A stretch of 64,000 nt of DNA from a candidate division FCPU426 bacterium. Its GTDB lineage: Bacteria; Oederibacteriota; Muellerivitia; Muellerivitales; Muellerivitaceae. The stretch is from positions 64,001 to 128,000 of the forward strand of contig CAVYSE010000005.1 in assembly GCA_963771075.1 (NCBI GenBank). Direction: 5' to 3'. The notes below the pieces were generated by a model. That model made no database searches, had not been told where the DNA came from, and saw only the letters and a program-made list of their open reading frames with translations. The position numbers and the translations under genes were made by a program. Shown here piece after piece: positions 40,232 through 50,255 of the stretch. Numbering within the stretch: position 1 is the first letter of the stretch; each line of letters starts with the position of its first letter.

Positions 40232-40296
40232 TGTCCGCAGCGGGCCATGTAGCTAAGCGCAAGCGCATGCTACATGGCGGGAACCCGGTTTGGACT
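40232..40296 (+). repeat. Cassette site with the same 37-bp insertion
   Basis: TGTCCGCAGCGGG + identical 37-mer (40245-40281) + AACCCGGTTTGGACT. Confidence 0.82.
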
Positions 40297-40629
40297 TCTC
40301 TTTTGGCCACATATTGGGTACTTGGTTCCTAAAACCCCGACTTAAGGGATTTAACCGGAGCTAAAATAACGGCAATTCAAAGCGGATAATTGAATGGTTC
40401 GAGTCCAACCCGGGGAGCAATTAAATATTATTCAAAGGATATATTAATGGATGAAGATAAAAACCTTAGTTTTTTAAAAACGGTTCATACCGTAACTATT
40501 CTTATCGGTTTTTTCATTGGCGTTTTATCTTTTTTTTCAAGTTTTGGGATCGGTATGGTGATGAGCAATGCCGACACCGATTGGGTTGGTACGCCATATC
40601 AAGCGGATGTATAACTTTGCCTGCAATCT

Positions 40630-42042
40630 CACTCTTGTCCTAAATAAAGGACTAAAAAAAGACACCTCCGACTGAAGTAGAATTGGGTTAGTCGACAAGC
40701 CCAAAGCGACGGTTACCAGCCGTCGCTACTTCAAACATCCGGAGGCGTATTTCGATGGTACCACCAACCAGTCTTTTTGCCCAAGTGTTGAAAATTGTGG
40801 ATCGCACGGCTTTTGAACGAATTGTGCGGGAGTTTGAAGCCGAAAAACACGCCAAGGGGTTCAGTTGCTGGAATCAGTTTGTTTCCATGCTTTTCTGCCA
40901 GATGGGAGCCGCCCATTCCTTGAGGGAAATCTGTGGTGGCCTCCACACGGCCCTTGGGAAATTGACCCATTTGGGTCTTTGCGAAGCACCCACTAAATCC
41001 ACCTTGGCTTACGCTAACGCCAACCGTCCTTGGCAGGTTCAGCAAAGTCTTTTCTACCATCTGCTATCGAAGTGTCAGCTACAGGCGGCCATCTCGAAGA
41101 GGAAATTCAAGTTCAAGAATCCCCTCTACAGCCTGGACTCCAGCACCATTGATCTTTGTTTGTCAGTCTTCGACTGGGCAAAGTTCCGTAGGACCAAAGG
41201 GGCCATCAAACTCCATCTCTTGCTGGATCATCAGGGATACTTGCCCTGCTGGGGACTCGTAACGGAGGGAGGCGTGCATGACGTGAAAGTGGCTCAAAAG
41301 CTGGATTTTCCGGTGGATTCAATCGTAGTGATGGATCGGGGATATGTGGATTTCTTTCTTCTGGCCCGATGGACGTTCCAAGGCGTGTGGTGGGTGACCC
41401 GTGCCAAGATCAACATGGCCTACGAGGTGGTGAAGAACCTGCCGGTTCCGAAAACGGGCAACGTCCTGAAGGACCAAGTGATACGGTTAACAACGTTTCG
41501 GTCACAGGAAGCCTACCCGAAAGAGATGCGACGAGTGGTGGTATGGGACGAAGACCAGAAGCGGGAACTCGTATTCCTTACCAACCACATGGGTTTTGCT
41601 GCCTCGACGGTGGCGGCCATCTACAAGGAACGTTGGCAGATCGAGTTGTTCTTCAAGGCTCTCAAGCAGAACTTACGGGTGAAGACTTTCGTAGGGACCA
41701 CTGAGAATGCTGTTCAGACGCAGATTTGGACAGCATTGATTGCCATGCTGCTGTTGAAATTCCTTCAACTGAAGAGCCATATCGCCTGGAGCCTGTCCCA
41801 CTTGGCGGCCATGCTGCGGATGAATCTATTGACCTACCGCGATTTGTGGGCTTGGTTGGATGCACCATTCCTGGTGGCGAGATTGGAACCGGCGGAAAAA
41901 CAGATGGAATTAATACCCTCGTGATTTGGACAGCATCCGGACGAAAGGGGGGGGCTTATCCCTGGAAATTCACAAACCTGTCCAAAATCGCTTGTTTTTC
42001 TTGGGGGGCAGCGGTCAGATTGAGTTGTTTAGGATAGCAGTG
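40630..42042 (+). mobile_element. IS4-family insertion sequence, copy 2 (1413 bp), 9-bp TSD CTGCAATCT
   Basis: Inverted copy of 34311-35723; TSD at 40621-40629 and 42043-42051. Confidence 0.92.
40755..41924 (+). CDS. IS4-family DDE transposase
   Basis: Translation identical to copy 1. Confidence 0.95.
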   Translation: MVPPTSLFAQVLKIVDRTAFERIVREFEAEKHAKGFSCWNQFVSMLFCQMGAAHSLREICGGLHTALGKLTHLGLCEAPTKSTLAYANANRPWQVQQSLFYHLLSKCQLQAAISKRKFKFKNPLYSLDSSTIDLCLSVFDWAKFRRTKGAIKLHLLLDHQGYLPCWGLVTEGGVHDVKVAQKLDFPVDSIVVMDRGYVDFFLLARWTFQGVWWVTRAKINMAYEVVKNLPVPKTGNVLKDQVIRLTTFRSQEAYPKEMRRVVVWDEDQKRELVFLTNHMGFAASTVAAIYKERWQIELFFKALKQNLRVKTFVGTTENAVQTQIWTALIAMLLLKFLQLKSHIAWSLSHLAAMLRMNLLTYRDLWAWLDAPFLVARLEPAEKQMELIPS

Positions 42043-42366
42043 CTGCAATCTTGATTGGCATCATCCTTCCAAGAGTTAGCGCAATTTTATTGTGGGGTGC
42101 GGCGTTAGTGACGGCATTCCTTGTAATCATTAATGGTCATAAGGGTTTATCTGTAGCAGTTAGCCAGGATATTTATTGGGGCAATTTCTGCTGGTGGCAA
42201 CTAACAGTGATGATGATAGTGTTGGGGTCGGCTTTGTTTTTTATAGGGTGGAAAAAAAGATCAATCTTACTAACAAAAAAATAGTGTTCTAACATCGAAT
42301 TATTACGAATTTGATGGTTCACAGATTCGGAATAGATGAACAAAGGGTTCAAGCTGGGGCTTTATT

Positions 42367-42873
42367 TTATCGAATCCAACCCAAAGGCAGCAGGGCAGGA
42401 ACCCGCTTACGGTAGGCCCGATAGGCGGTGCCGAACCGGCTTCCCAGCCAGGTTTCCTCTTCCCGAACCAGCATCAAGACCAAGGCGCACATGAAAAGGG
42501 GGATGATGAAGGCGGTCCAGTTATTCGTCAGCAGAACGATTCCGGGAACGATGAGGACGCACCAACTGGCGTAGAGGGGGTGGCGGCAGAAGCCGTAAAG
42601 GCCCGAGGTGCAAAGCCTGCCCGCATGGAAGCCCTTGACCACTTTCACGCCGGAAAGGATCCACCCGGGAACGCCCAAGGCGATCAGGATGACCCCAAGG
42701 CCGACCCTGACAGCGGACGGGAGGAAGGCGATCGGAAACCCGCCGGCATGACCGGCACATAACCCGTAAACCAGGGCGGCAAAGAGAAGGGACATACTAG
42801 AGAACTGGGGACCGATGCCAAAAACCGTCATGGCGGGGGGCACCGGGCGAACCTGGGGAGTTTTTTTTCTCAT
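42367..42873 (-). CDS. Isoprenylcysteine/phospholipid methyltransferase (ICMT/PEMT) family
   Basis: LCTSGLYGFCRHPLY, EETWL..FG..Y..Y..RVP. Confidence 0.85.
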   Translation of the reverse strand: MRKKTPQVRPVPPAMTVFGIGPQFSSMSLLFAALVYGLCAGHAGGFPIAFLPSAVRVGLGVILIALGVPGWILSGVKVVKGFHAGRLCTSGLYGFCRHPLYASWCVLIVPGIVLLTNNWTAFIIPLFMCALVLMLVREEETWLGSRFGTAYRAYRKRVPALLPLGWIR

Positions 42874-43206
42874 GGGAAACCTCCTGAGGGAGTGGCTGGG
42901 CCATTATCGCATCCGGCACCTTTACATAACAGGCCGAACCCTTTTACCCGCTAAACAGAGGGGTAAAAACCTTTCATCATTTCCCAAAAACTAAGTTTCC
43001 ACAAGAATGAACTCGGCGGGGAAAGGTCTTTGCCAGGCTTGCGCGATGGACCAACATCCCTTTTTTGCGAGAACCCCGAAATCCGCCAGGAACCAGGGTC
43101 AGACGCGATCCGGTTGGGCCGGGGGCCATGGACGCGCGGCCCTTGGGGCCGGGTGAGGGTGCCCCAAACCTGAGTATCAGGGGTGTAAAGGGCTGGGACG
43201 GAAAAA

Positions 43207-43455
43207 TTATTTTTTCAATTTCAGGCGGGTTTTCATCTCCGCGAGTGAGATGGTTTTTTGTTTCCTGCGGGTTTGGATGAGATTCCAAAATGCGCCGTTC
43301 GTTTCCTGAACAACCGTTTCCCAATCCTCTCCCTCAACCCCGACCAGGACGGCGGACGGCTTGCCATGCCGGGTCAATACCACGCGATCCTTTTGGGAGG
43401 CGTCGACATACTCTTTAATCTTTTTCTGGAGATCCCGGACATTGACGGTTTTCAT
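43207..43455 (-). CDS. Phd/YefM antitoxin
   Basis: MKTVNVRDL..VVLTRHGKPSAVL. Confidence 0.88.
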   Translation of the reverse strand: MKTVNVRDLQKKIKEYVDASQKDRVVLTRHGKPSAVLVGVEGEDWETVVQETNGAFWNLIQTRRKQKTISLAEMKTRLKLKK

Positions 43456-43751
43456 AAAATTTCCTCCGTTTGGCTGTGGGGCGGTTTGAAGCGGATGGCA
43501 CGTACATAAACCGTCCGTTCCTCCTCCGCTACGTCGTAAAAAACACGGTAATCCTCAACCCTTAATTCCCATATGGGCGGCACGTTTTGCCAGGGAGGCA
43601 CTAAATTCAACAGGATCTTTCGTTTCTTCGTCCTCGTCGTGGGCTGATGCGTTAGCTGTTCTTCGATCGCATCCAGGATGATCCGCTGGTCCCGTACGGG
43701 CAGTGGCTTCAGGTCGTTCCAGACGCCGGTCGATAACTGGATGTCGAACAT
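43452..43751 (-). CDS. RelE/ParE-family toxin (upstream of the antitoxin)
   Basis: WELRVEDYRVFYDV; overlaps the Phd start. Confidence 0.85.
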   Translation of the reverse strand: MFDIQLSTGVWNDLKPLPVRDQRIILDAIEEQLTHQPTTRTKKRKILLNLVPPWQNVPPIWELRVEDYRVFYDVAEEERTVYVRAIRFKPPHSQTEEIL

Positions 43752-43907
43752 GTATATATTATTGCATATGCGAATTAAGAATCAAGGGGTTTAGGGCCAT
43801 TTACCAAACCACGAGAGTTTTTCTGAGGAACGATCCAAAAGGAAGGAGGCGGAAACCGCTTACGGTAGGCCCGATAGGAGTCACCGAGTTCCAGGCCGGG
43901 TCAATTG

Positions 43908-46900
43908 TTACCGAAGGACCAGCAGTTTGATGACCGAGGTCTTCCCGTTTGAAGCGGTCAGCTGAAGATAGTACAGCCCGTTGGAGAGCATGACCCCCGC
44001 ATTGTCCAGGAGCGAAATCGTGACGGTCGAGCCGGGGTGGACCATGGCAATCGTCACGGTTTTGATCAGCCTCATGGAAACCGAATCAATGATGATCTTC
44101 AAACTGCCCTGGGGAAAGTTGGCGGGGACTGAAATGCTGACCGTGGTTCCTGCCACGGGGTTGGGATAGGCCCCGTAAACAATGGAAACGCCGTAGGAGG
44201 GCGTGGCGGTCCAGGTGGTGGTGGGGAGGGTGGTCTTGGTATAGGTAGCCGTGACCGTCGGGGTGGTGGTGGGAATCACAGTTGGGCTATAGGTGAAGGT
44301 GACCGTGGAAGTGACGGTGGAAGTCCAGGAGGGCGTGCTAGTGGGCAACACCGTCTGGGTATAGGTGAAGGACGGAGTGGAGGTATGGGTAAAGGTAGGG
44401 GTGGTGCTGGGTGTGGGCGTCACGGTGTTGGTCGCGGTAAACACGCCCGAAGTGAGGGTAAAGGTGGGGGTATAGGTCACGGTCATTGTTTGGGTTGGGC
44501 TGGAAGTGGGTGTTCCGGGCGTGATGGACCATGTCGTTGTAGCGGTGATTGTCACTGTGGGGGTGCAGGTGGGGGTGGAGGTCACGGTAACGGTCCCTTC
44601 GACGGTAGGTGTGGCTGTTCGGGTGAGGGTAGGCGTATAGGTGGCCATGGAAAAGGAAGTAGGCGTTCCCGTTAGGGAATTGGTGGGAGTGGCCGTGGGT
44701 GTGTAGGTAATCAAGGTGCCCGTAAAGGTCACGGTAGGCGATGAGGTGACGGTATAGGTGGCTGTAATGGTGGGCGTTGAGGCATTCGTGGGTGTGGAGG
44801 TAAAGGGCACGCAACCCAGCACAGCCGCCTCATTGACGTTTAACAAGCTACTGCCCCCGTTATAACCGCCTACCGCATACATCACGTTGTTGATGACTCC
44901 CACGCCCAATTCTTCGCGGGCGGTGGGCATGGCGGTCGATGCCTTCCATGAGCTGGTGGAGGGGTTATAAGCCTCAACGGTGTTCAATACCGGGCCGTCA
45001 TCAAACCCACCCAAGGCGTAAAGAATTCCATTCAGGACACCCGCTCCCAAGAAATAACGCGCGGTCGGCATGGGAGCCAGTGTGGTCCAGGTGTTCGTGG
45101 AGGGGTTATAGGCGTTCAGGTAATTGACGGGCGCTCCGCCGCCGCCGACGGTATATAAAATCCCGTTGATCGTACCCGCCGCCATGTACCAGTAGTTATT
45201 TGTGGATTGGGTTGGAAGCGGGGCCATTTCGGACCAGGTGTTCGTCGCGGGATTATAGGCTTCCACCGCGTTGGTATAGGCAGTGCTCGTTTCGCCACCC
45301 ATTGCGTAAAGGATTCCATTGACCACGCCCACGCATAACCCCTGACGGGCCGTCGGCATGGGGGCCATCATGCTCCAGGTATTGGTGGAAGGGTTATAGG
45401 CTTGCAGCATATTCGTGGAAGAGCCGTTATCCCCTCCCACGACATAAAGGATGCCATTGACGGCTCCCACAGCGAATCCGGTGCATGTGGACGGCATGGA
45501 AGGGAAGGTGGTCCAGGTATTCGTCGAAGGGTTGTAAACCTCATTCGAGTTCGCGATCGCGGGATTTTCCCCCACCACATAGAGCTGCCCATTGACGACC
45601 CCTAAGCCCATTCCATCCTGGTTAGCCAACATGGGGGCCAGGGTGGTCCAACTCAGGTTCAGGCCGGTTCCTGGCCCGCAGGAGGTGGGTGTGTATTGGA
45701 CGGTGGGTGTGATGGTAGGGCTATAGATCGGGGTGTTGGTAACGGTAATGGTCCCTTCGACGGTGGGAGTCGCCGAATTGGTATAGGTCCAAGTCGGGGT
45801 GGGTGTATTTCCTGGAAGGAGCAGTGCCCAGGTTGAAAAATGGTTGGTGACAACGGTGATGGTGTCCAAGGTCGTATTCAAGGTGCCAGGCACCGCCACC
45901 CAGTTGGAACCGTCATAGTAATCGACCTGCAGGCTGGTGGGCGATTGTCCGCCCAATTCGGAGGGGTTGTAGGTGAATGTCAGGGTCACGGTGTTCGAGC
46001 CGAATTCGCTCACCGGTCCGGTAGAACTATCCGCCTCGAAAGTATAGAGGGTGCCGTCGGGCGCTAGGAAGCTTCCCAAGGGTGGGCCTGACGAAGCCGC
46101 TATCTGGTCGACGGTCACTGTTGTTCCCGAGCTTAAAACCCCCGCGCCAATACTGACGCTGGTTCCATTGGCCAATGCTACCGCCACCCCACTTGCCCCC
46201 GACGTGGCTTGCGCGGTGGCGATGGGTGTGGGAATCGCAGTGGTTGTGGTGGTTGACGTGATGGTTGGGGTGAAGGTTGGGGTTTGGGTGAAGCTGTTGG
46301 TGGACGTTGGGGTATTGGTATTAGTGGTGGTTGGCGTTCGGGTGGGGGTGTAAGTAGTAGTCGTGGTATAGGTAAAGATGCCGGAAGTCATAGTCCAGGT
46401 AATGGTATTGGTGACGGTAGTGGTTAGGGTGGGGGTTAGGGAAATGGTCATGGTGAGCGTTACCGTACCGGGTGTTCCTGTCATTGTTTTGGTGTTGGTG
46501 TTGGTATTGGTGACGGTGGTGGTTAGGGTGACGGTGGTGGTTCGGGTTGGGGTTTGGGTATGGGTCATTGTGGGCGTTACCGTACCAGGTGTTCCTGTCA
46601 TCGTTTCGGTGTTGGTGTTGGTGGGTGTATTGGTAAGCGTGTAGGTGTTGTAGGGCGTCAGGGGATCGGTTGTGCCGGTGGCCGTGAAGGTATCGGTACC
46701 GGTGAAAGTGCCGGTGAAAGTATAGGTGGGTGTGGCAGTGATCGTGGGCGTGTAAGAGGTAGTCGAGGTGTTGGTGACGGTCAAAGAATAGGTCGGGGTG
46801 TTGGTGGATGTGCCCGTTGGGAAGGGACTGGGGGTGTAAGTAGAAGTGATCGTATTGGAAAAGGTTGGCGTGCTGGTGATCGTGGGCGTCGGGGTAATCG

Positions 46901-47735
46901 TATTGGTCGGAAAGGGCGTCAAGGGGGTTAAGGTTTGGGTGGGGGTAGTGGTGGGGGTGTAAGTAGTAGTCGTGGTATAGGTCATGGCGGCGGGTGTCCA
47001 GGTCACGGTGGATGTATTGGTGAAGGTGGTAGTGGCGGTGGTCGTTGGGGTTCGGGTATAGGTCGTTGTGGATGTTGCGGTATTGGTATTAGTGGTGGTA
47101 GGGGTTTGGGTGAAAGCGGGGGTGCGCGTATAAGTCGTGGTATAGGTCATGATTCCGGAAGTCCAGGTCCAGGTGCCTGTATTGGTGACGGTTGCGGTGG
47201 TGGTTGGGGTTTGGGTATTGGTCATTGTGGGCGTTACACAGGTAGTATTTACCAGAGTCTGAGTGTTGGTCATGGTGGGTGTATTGGTAAGGGTGTAGGT
47301 GTTGTAGGGAGTCAGGGGATCAGTTGTGGCGGTGGCCGTGAAGGTATCCGTGCCAGTGGAAGTGCCGGTAAAAGTGAAGGTGGGTGTGGAAGTGATCGTG
47401 GGCGTGAAAGAGGAAGTCGGGGTCAAGGTGATGGTCCACGTGTAGGTTTGGGTGCCTGTGGATGTTTCCGTCGGAAAGGGAGTTGGGGTGTAGGTAGAAG
47501 TTGTGGTATTGGAAAAGGTTGGAGTGTTGGTGATCGTGGGCGTCGGGGTAATCGTATCGGTTGGAAAGGGCGTCAAGGGGGTTAAGGTTTGGGTGGGGGT
47601 GGTGGTTGGGGTGTCGGTAAGAACCGTGGCGGTAATCGTATTGGTGGGGGTTTGGGTAGAGGTAACAGTGGCATAAGAATAACCAAAACTAAAAATAGCC
47701 AGTAATCCAACGACGTAGATATTTGGTCTTTTCAT
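43908..47735 (-). CDS. Secreted Thr-rich mucin-like protein with Kelch propeller and T9SS-like CTD
   Basis: Signal peptide, long T/P tracts with internal duplication, about 6 Kelch repeats (YNPSTNTW, LYAxGG), YPNP..LSNGLYY..KLLVLR. Confidence 0.85.
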   Translation of the reverse strand: MKRPNIYVVGLLAIFSFGYSYATVTSTQTPTNTITATVLTDTPTTTPTQTLTPLTPFPTDTITPTPTITNTPTFSNTTTSTYTPTPFPTETSTGTQTYTWTITLTPTSSFTPTITSTPTFTFTGTSTGTDTFTATATTDPLTPYNTYTLTNTPTMTNTQTLVNTTCVTPTMTNTQTPTTTATVTNTGTWTWTSGIMTYTTTYTRTPAFTQTPTTTNTNTATSTTTYTRTPTTTATTTFTNTSTVTWTPAAMTYTTTTTYTPTTTPTQTLTPLTPFPTNTITPTPTITSTPTFSNTITSTYTPSPFPTGTSTNTPTYSLTVTNTSTTSYTPTITATPTYTFTGTFTGTDTFTATGTTDPLTPYNTYTLTNTPTNTNTETMTGTPGTVTPTMTHTQTPTRTTTVTLTTTVTNTNTNTKTMTGTPGTVTLTMTISLTPTLTTTVTNTITWTMTSGIFTYTTTTTYTPTRTPTTTNTNTPTSTNSFTQTPTFTPTITSTTTTTAIPTPIATAQATSGASGVAVALANGTSVSIGAGVLSSGTTVTVDQIAASSGPPLGSFLAPDGTLYTFEADSSTGPVSEFGSNTVTLTFTYNPSELGGQSPTSLQVDYYDGSNWVAVPGTLNTTLDTITVVTNHFSTWALLLPGNTPTPTWTYTNSATPTVEGTITVTNTPIYSPTITPTVQYTPTSCGPGTGLNLSWTTLAPMLANQDGMGLGVVNGQLYVVGENPAIANSNEVYNPSTNTWTTFPSMPSTCTGFAVGAVNGILYVVGGDNGSSTNMLQAYNPSTNTWSMMAPMPTARQGLCVGVVNGILYAMGGETSTAYTNAVEAYNPATNTWSEMAPLPTQSTNNYWYMAAGTINGILYTVGGGGAPVNYLNAYNPSTNTWTTLAPMPTARYFLGAGVLNGILYALGGFDDGPVLNTVEAYNPSTSSWKASTAMPTAREELGVGVINNVMYAVGGYNGGSSLLNVNEAAVLGCVPFTSTPTNASTPTITATYTVTSSPTVTFTGTLITYTPTATPTNSLTGTPTSFSMATYTPTLTRTATPTVEGTVTVTSTPTCTPTVTITATTTWSITPGTPTSSPTQTMTVTYTPTFTLTSGVFTATNTVTPTPSTTPTFTHTSTPSFTYTQTVLPTSTPSWTSTVTSTVTFTYSPTVIPTTTPTVTATYTKTTLPTTTWTATPSYGVSIVYGAYPNPVAGTTVSISVPANFPQGSLKIIIDSVSMRLIKTVTIAMVHPGSTVTISLLDNAGVMLSNGLYYLQLTASNGKTSVIKLLVLR

Positions 47736-47897
47736 ATATAGAACCCTCCGAACCTATAGACGGGAAAAGGAAGATTTATTTCAAAAAATAATTAATTTTC
47801 CGGGAATAGAGAGGCGGGAATGGAAAGGCCTGGTTGGCCCAATTTCCCAAAAAATGAGTAGTTTTTAGGGTTTTTAAGGGTCTAAGGGTGAAGGTTT

Positions 47898-49997
47898 TTA
47901 ATGTTTCCCCGAATAGTTCACCATGGCCTTGGCGTAGGCATCTTTGTATTTTTCATAAAGTTGGGCGTTGGGGGGCTGGAGATTTCCGGCCAACTGGTAT
48001 TGTTTCGCGGCCATGGCGTAATCCTTCCTATCCATATATAAGTCCCCTAAGTGCTCGTGAAATACCGGCTCTTTGGGCATCAATAGGCTGGCCTTGTTGA
48101 ATGTCGCGACCGCCTGGTCCACACGGCCGGTTTTTTGGTAAAGCGAGGCGAGGCTATCCAAGTAGTCCGGGTTGGATGGATCCATGGAATAGGCGGTTTG
48201 AAACGCACTTTCCGCCTCTTTGATCCTTTTCAAGTTCCAGTAGGTGATGCCCATGTCGTGGTAGGCGTCGCTGAAATCGGGCTGGATGCGAATGGCCTTT
48301 TGGATCGCGTCCAAGGCTTCCGGCTCGGCGCCTTTTCGTTCATAGGAATACCAGAGGTATTGGTACAGGTCCGGCGGGACGTTGGAACCGTAAAGGGCCT
48401 CGGATCGAAGGAATTCGGCGATCCCCTGGTCCACCTGGTTTTGGGCGATATAAACCGCGCCCTTTTCCATATTCAAATGGGGGTCGGGCGGTGGCATGGT
48501 TATGGCGATGTCAAATTCCCGAAGGGCCTCGTCGTTGCGCCGGGATAGGGCGTAGGAACGGGCCAGGTTGGCGTGGGGGACGCGGGCATCGGGAAAAAGT
48601 TTCACGGCGTTCTCCCAAAGCGCGATGGAATTTTTCCAAGTGGAAAGCTGGCGCAGGGTGCCGGCGCCCAAACCCAGGGTGAGGACCAATCCCGCCAAGG
48701 CCAGGGTGGCAGGTTTGGGGGAGGTCCATTTGACCAACTGGGCGGCGGCCAAGAGAAACAAACCGAGGCTGGGGAGGTAGGTATAGCGGTCGGCGGAAGC
48801 CTGCAATCCCACCTGCACGATCCCCAGGACGGGGCCGAGGGTGACGAGGAAATACAACCCGGCGATGGGTAAATAGGGAAACTTCTTACGAAGCAGGAAA
48901 AAGGCCGCGCTCAGGATCAGGACGGCAAGGGCCGCGCCCATGTTGACCAGGGTAAAGGGGTTCTTGTCGGCGGGCATGGGATAGTAGGGGGCCAAGCCGG
49001 TGGGGACCAGGAATTTGTAGAGATAAAAGACGATGGAATGGAAAGCGTTCATGACCCGGAAATCCAGGGGCAAATCCTGCATCAAGAGCATCGCGCCGGC
49101 TTTGGCTTGGGCGTAGTAGGTTACGACCGCGAAAACGATGGAGGCGATGAAAAAGAGGGTCTTTTCCTTCAGCAAATTCAGAAAACCTTCCCGGAGCCGG
49201 CCCAGGGGCCGGATATCCAAAAGGACCAGAATCAGGGGCAAGGTGATGGCCATGGGTTTGGCCAGCAGGGAAAGGATGAATGAAAAAAATGAGAGGGCCA
49301 GAAACCAGGTCCTCTTTTTGGCGCCGATGAACCCGGGCGGGGTCGGGTAGCCCAGGTAAAAAAACAGGCTCAAGAGAAAATAGAAGGCGCACAGAACGTC
49401 CTTCCGCTCCGAGCACCAGGCTACGGATTCCACGTGGATCGGGTGAAGCCCCCAAAGCAGTGAACCCAACCCCGCGATCGCCCATAAGGGGAGTGAACTT
49501 CGTGGTTCTTCCCGGGTGGTTAACTTTTGGTTTTGGATTTTCGAAGAAGGCTTCCCTATAGCCTTTCCGGATTCCGAATGGGTGTGGGTTCCGGTGTTCC
49601 TGGGCCCCTGGGGTAAAGATTCGGTTTTTGTTTTTTCCGCCAGGTTCAACAACCGCAGGCTGACGAAAAAGACCAAAACCGTGTTCAGCGCGTGCAAGAT
49701 CAGGTTGTGAAGGTGATAAATCCATGGATGGTATTGGGCAAAATGGTAGTCCGAGGCCAGGGAGATCCAGGTCAGGGGGATCCAATTGCCGCTGTCGAAG
49801 TTGGTCCAAGCCCATTTGAAAAAGGCGGGGCCAAGCGTTTGGATGTGGTTGTTGGCGAAGATGAAGACCTGGTCATCCCAGGTGACGAAGTCGTAGCCCA
49901 GGACCGGCAGGTAAACCATGAAGGTGAGGATCCCTGGCAGGAACCCTAGCCAAAAGGTTTGGAAGGATAGACGCCTGGGGGTGACTTGTTCGAGCAT
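47898..49997 (-). CDS. TMTC-like GT-C glycosyltransferase with TPRs
   Basis: FVTWDD, LHPIHVESVAW.SERKD, ADRYTYLP, C-terminal TPRs. Confidence 0.85.
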   Translation of the reverse strand: MLEQVTPRRLSFQTFWLGFLPGILTFMVYLPVLGYDFVTWDDQVFIFANNHIQTLGPAFFKWAWTNFDSGNWIPLTWISLASDYHFAQYHPWIYHLHNLILHALNTVLVFFVSLRLLNLAEKTKTESLPQGPRNTGTHTHSESGKAIGKPSSKIQNQKLTTREEPRSSLPLWAIAGLGSLLWGLHPIHVESVAWCSERKDVLCAFYFLLSLFFYLGYPTPPGFIGAKKRTWFLALSFFSFILSLLAKPMAITLPLILVLLDIRPLGRLREGFLNLLKEKTLFFIASIVFAVVTYYAQAKAGAMLLMQDLPLDFRVMNAFHSIVFYLYKFLVPTGLAPYYPMPADKNPFTLVNMGAALAVLILSAAFFLLRKKFPYLPIAGLYFLVTLGPVLGIVQVGLQASADRYTYLPSLGLFLLAAAQLVKWTSPKPATLALAGLVLTLGLGAGTLRQLSTWKNSIALWENAVKLFPDARVPHANLARSYALSRRNDEALREFDIAITMPPPDPHLNMEKGAVYIAQNQVDQGIAEFLRSEALYGSNVPPDLYQYLWYSYERKGAEPEALDAIQKAIRIQPDFSDAYHDMGITYWNLKRIKEAESAFQTAYSMDPSNPDYLDSLASLYQKTGRVDQAVATFNKASLLMPKEPVFHEHLGDLYMDRKDYAMAAKQYQLAGNLQPPNAQLYEKYKDAYAKAMVNYSGKH

Positions 49998-50255
49998 AAA
50001 CCTCTAATCGGTTGCTGGAGAAGCAGCTAAATCGGGTTTTTCACCCATGCCTCTTTGAAACGGCATAACCAAAGTAAATGGAGACCTATTGGGCTCCAAT
50101 TTATTCACACTTAAAGACTATAACAAAACCTAATTTCACCACAGGCCGCCTTTGGCGGCCACATGCCGACCATCCATGAGACATTAAATGGGGTCGGTAT
50201 TGTCCCGATTTCTTTCGCCTTTTGGGCGAAAGGGGACAGAGAAAAAACTTTCTTA

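Larger units (their letters stand above)
40447..42284 (+). pseudogene. Small membrane protein gene interrupted by IS4 copy 2 (plus a frameshift near 40585)
   Basis: Reading WYAISSGCITLPAI-LIGIILPR continues across the TSD. Confidence 0.65.

Noticed and set aside
8466..40296. CRISPR array interpretation of the 28-bp palindromic repeats
   Set aside because: The intervals are 0.3-2 kb and contain whole genes, the repeats are variable, and no cas genes are present.
8466..40296. Classical integron (intI/attC) or simple rho-independent terminators
   Set aside because: No tyrosine recombinase ORF in the window, no conserved RYYYAAC/GTTRRRY boxes, sites too short for attC, and no U-tract after the hairpins. 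A REP-type origin is not fully excluded.
34311..42042. Composite transposon bounded by the inverted IS4 copies
   Set aside because: Each copy has its own distinct 9-bp TSD, so they are independent insertions.
44338..47585. Gly/Val/His-rich ORFs in alternative frames of the Thr-rich gene
   Set aside because: Shadow ORFs produced by repetitive ACN/CCN codons.
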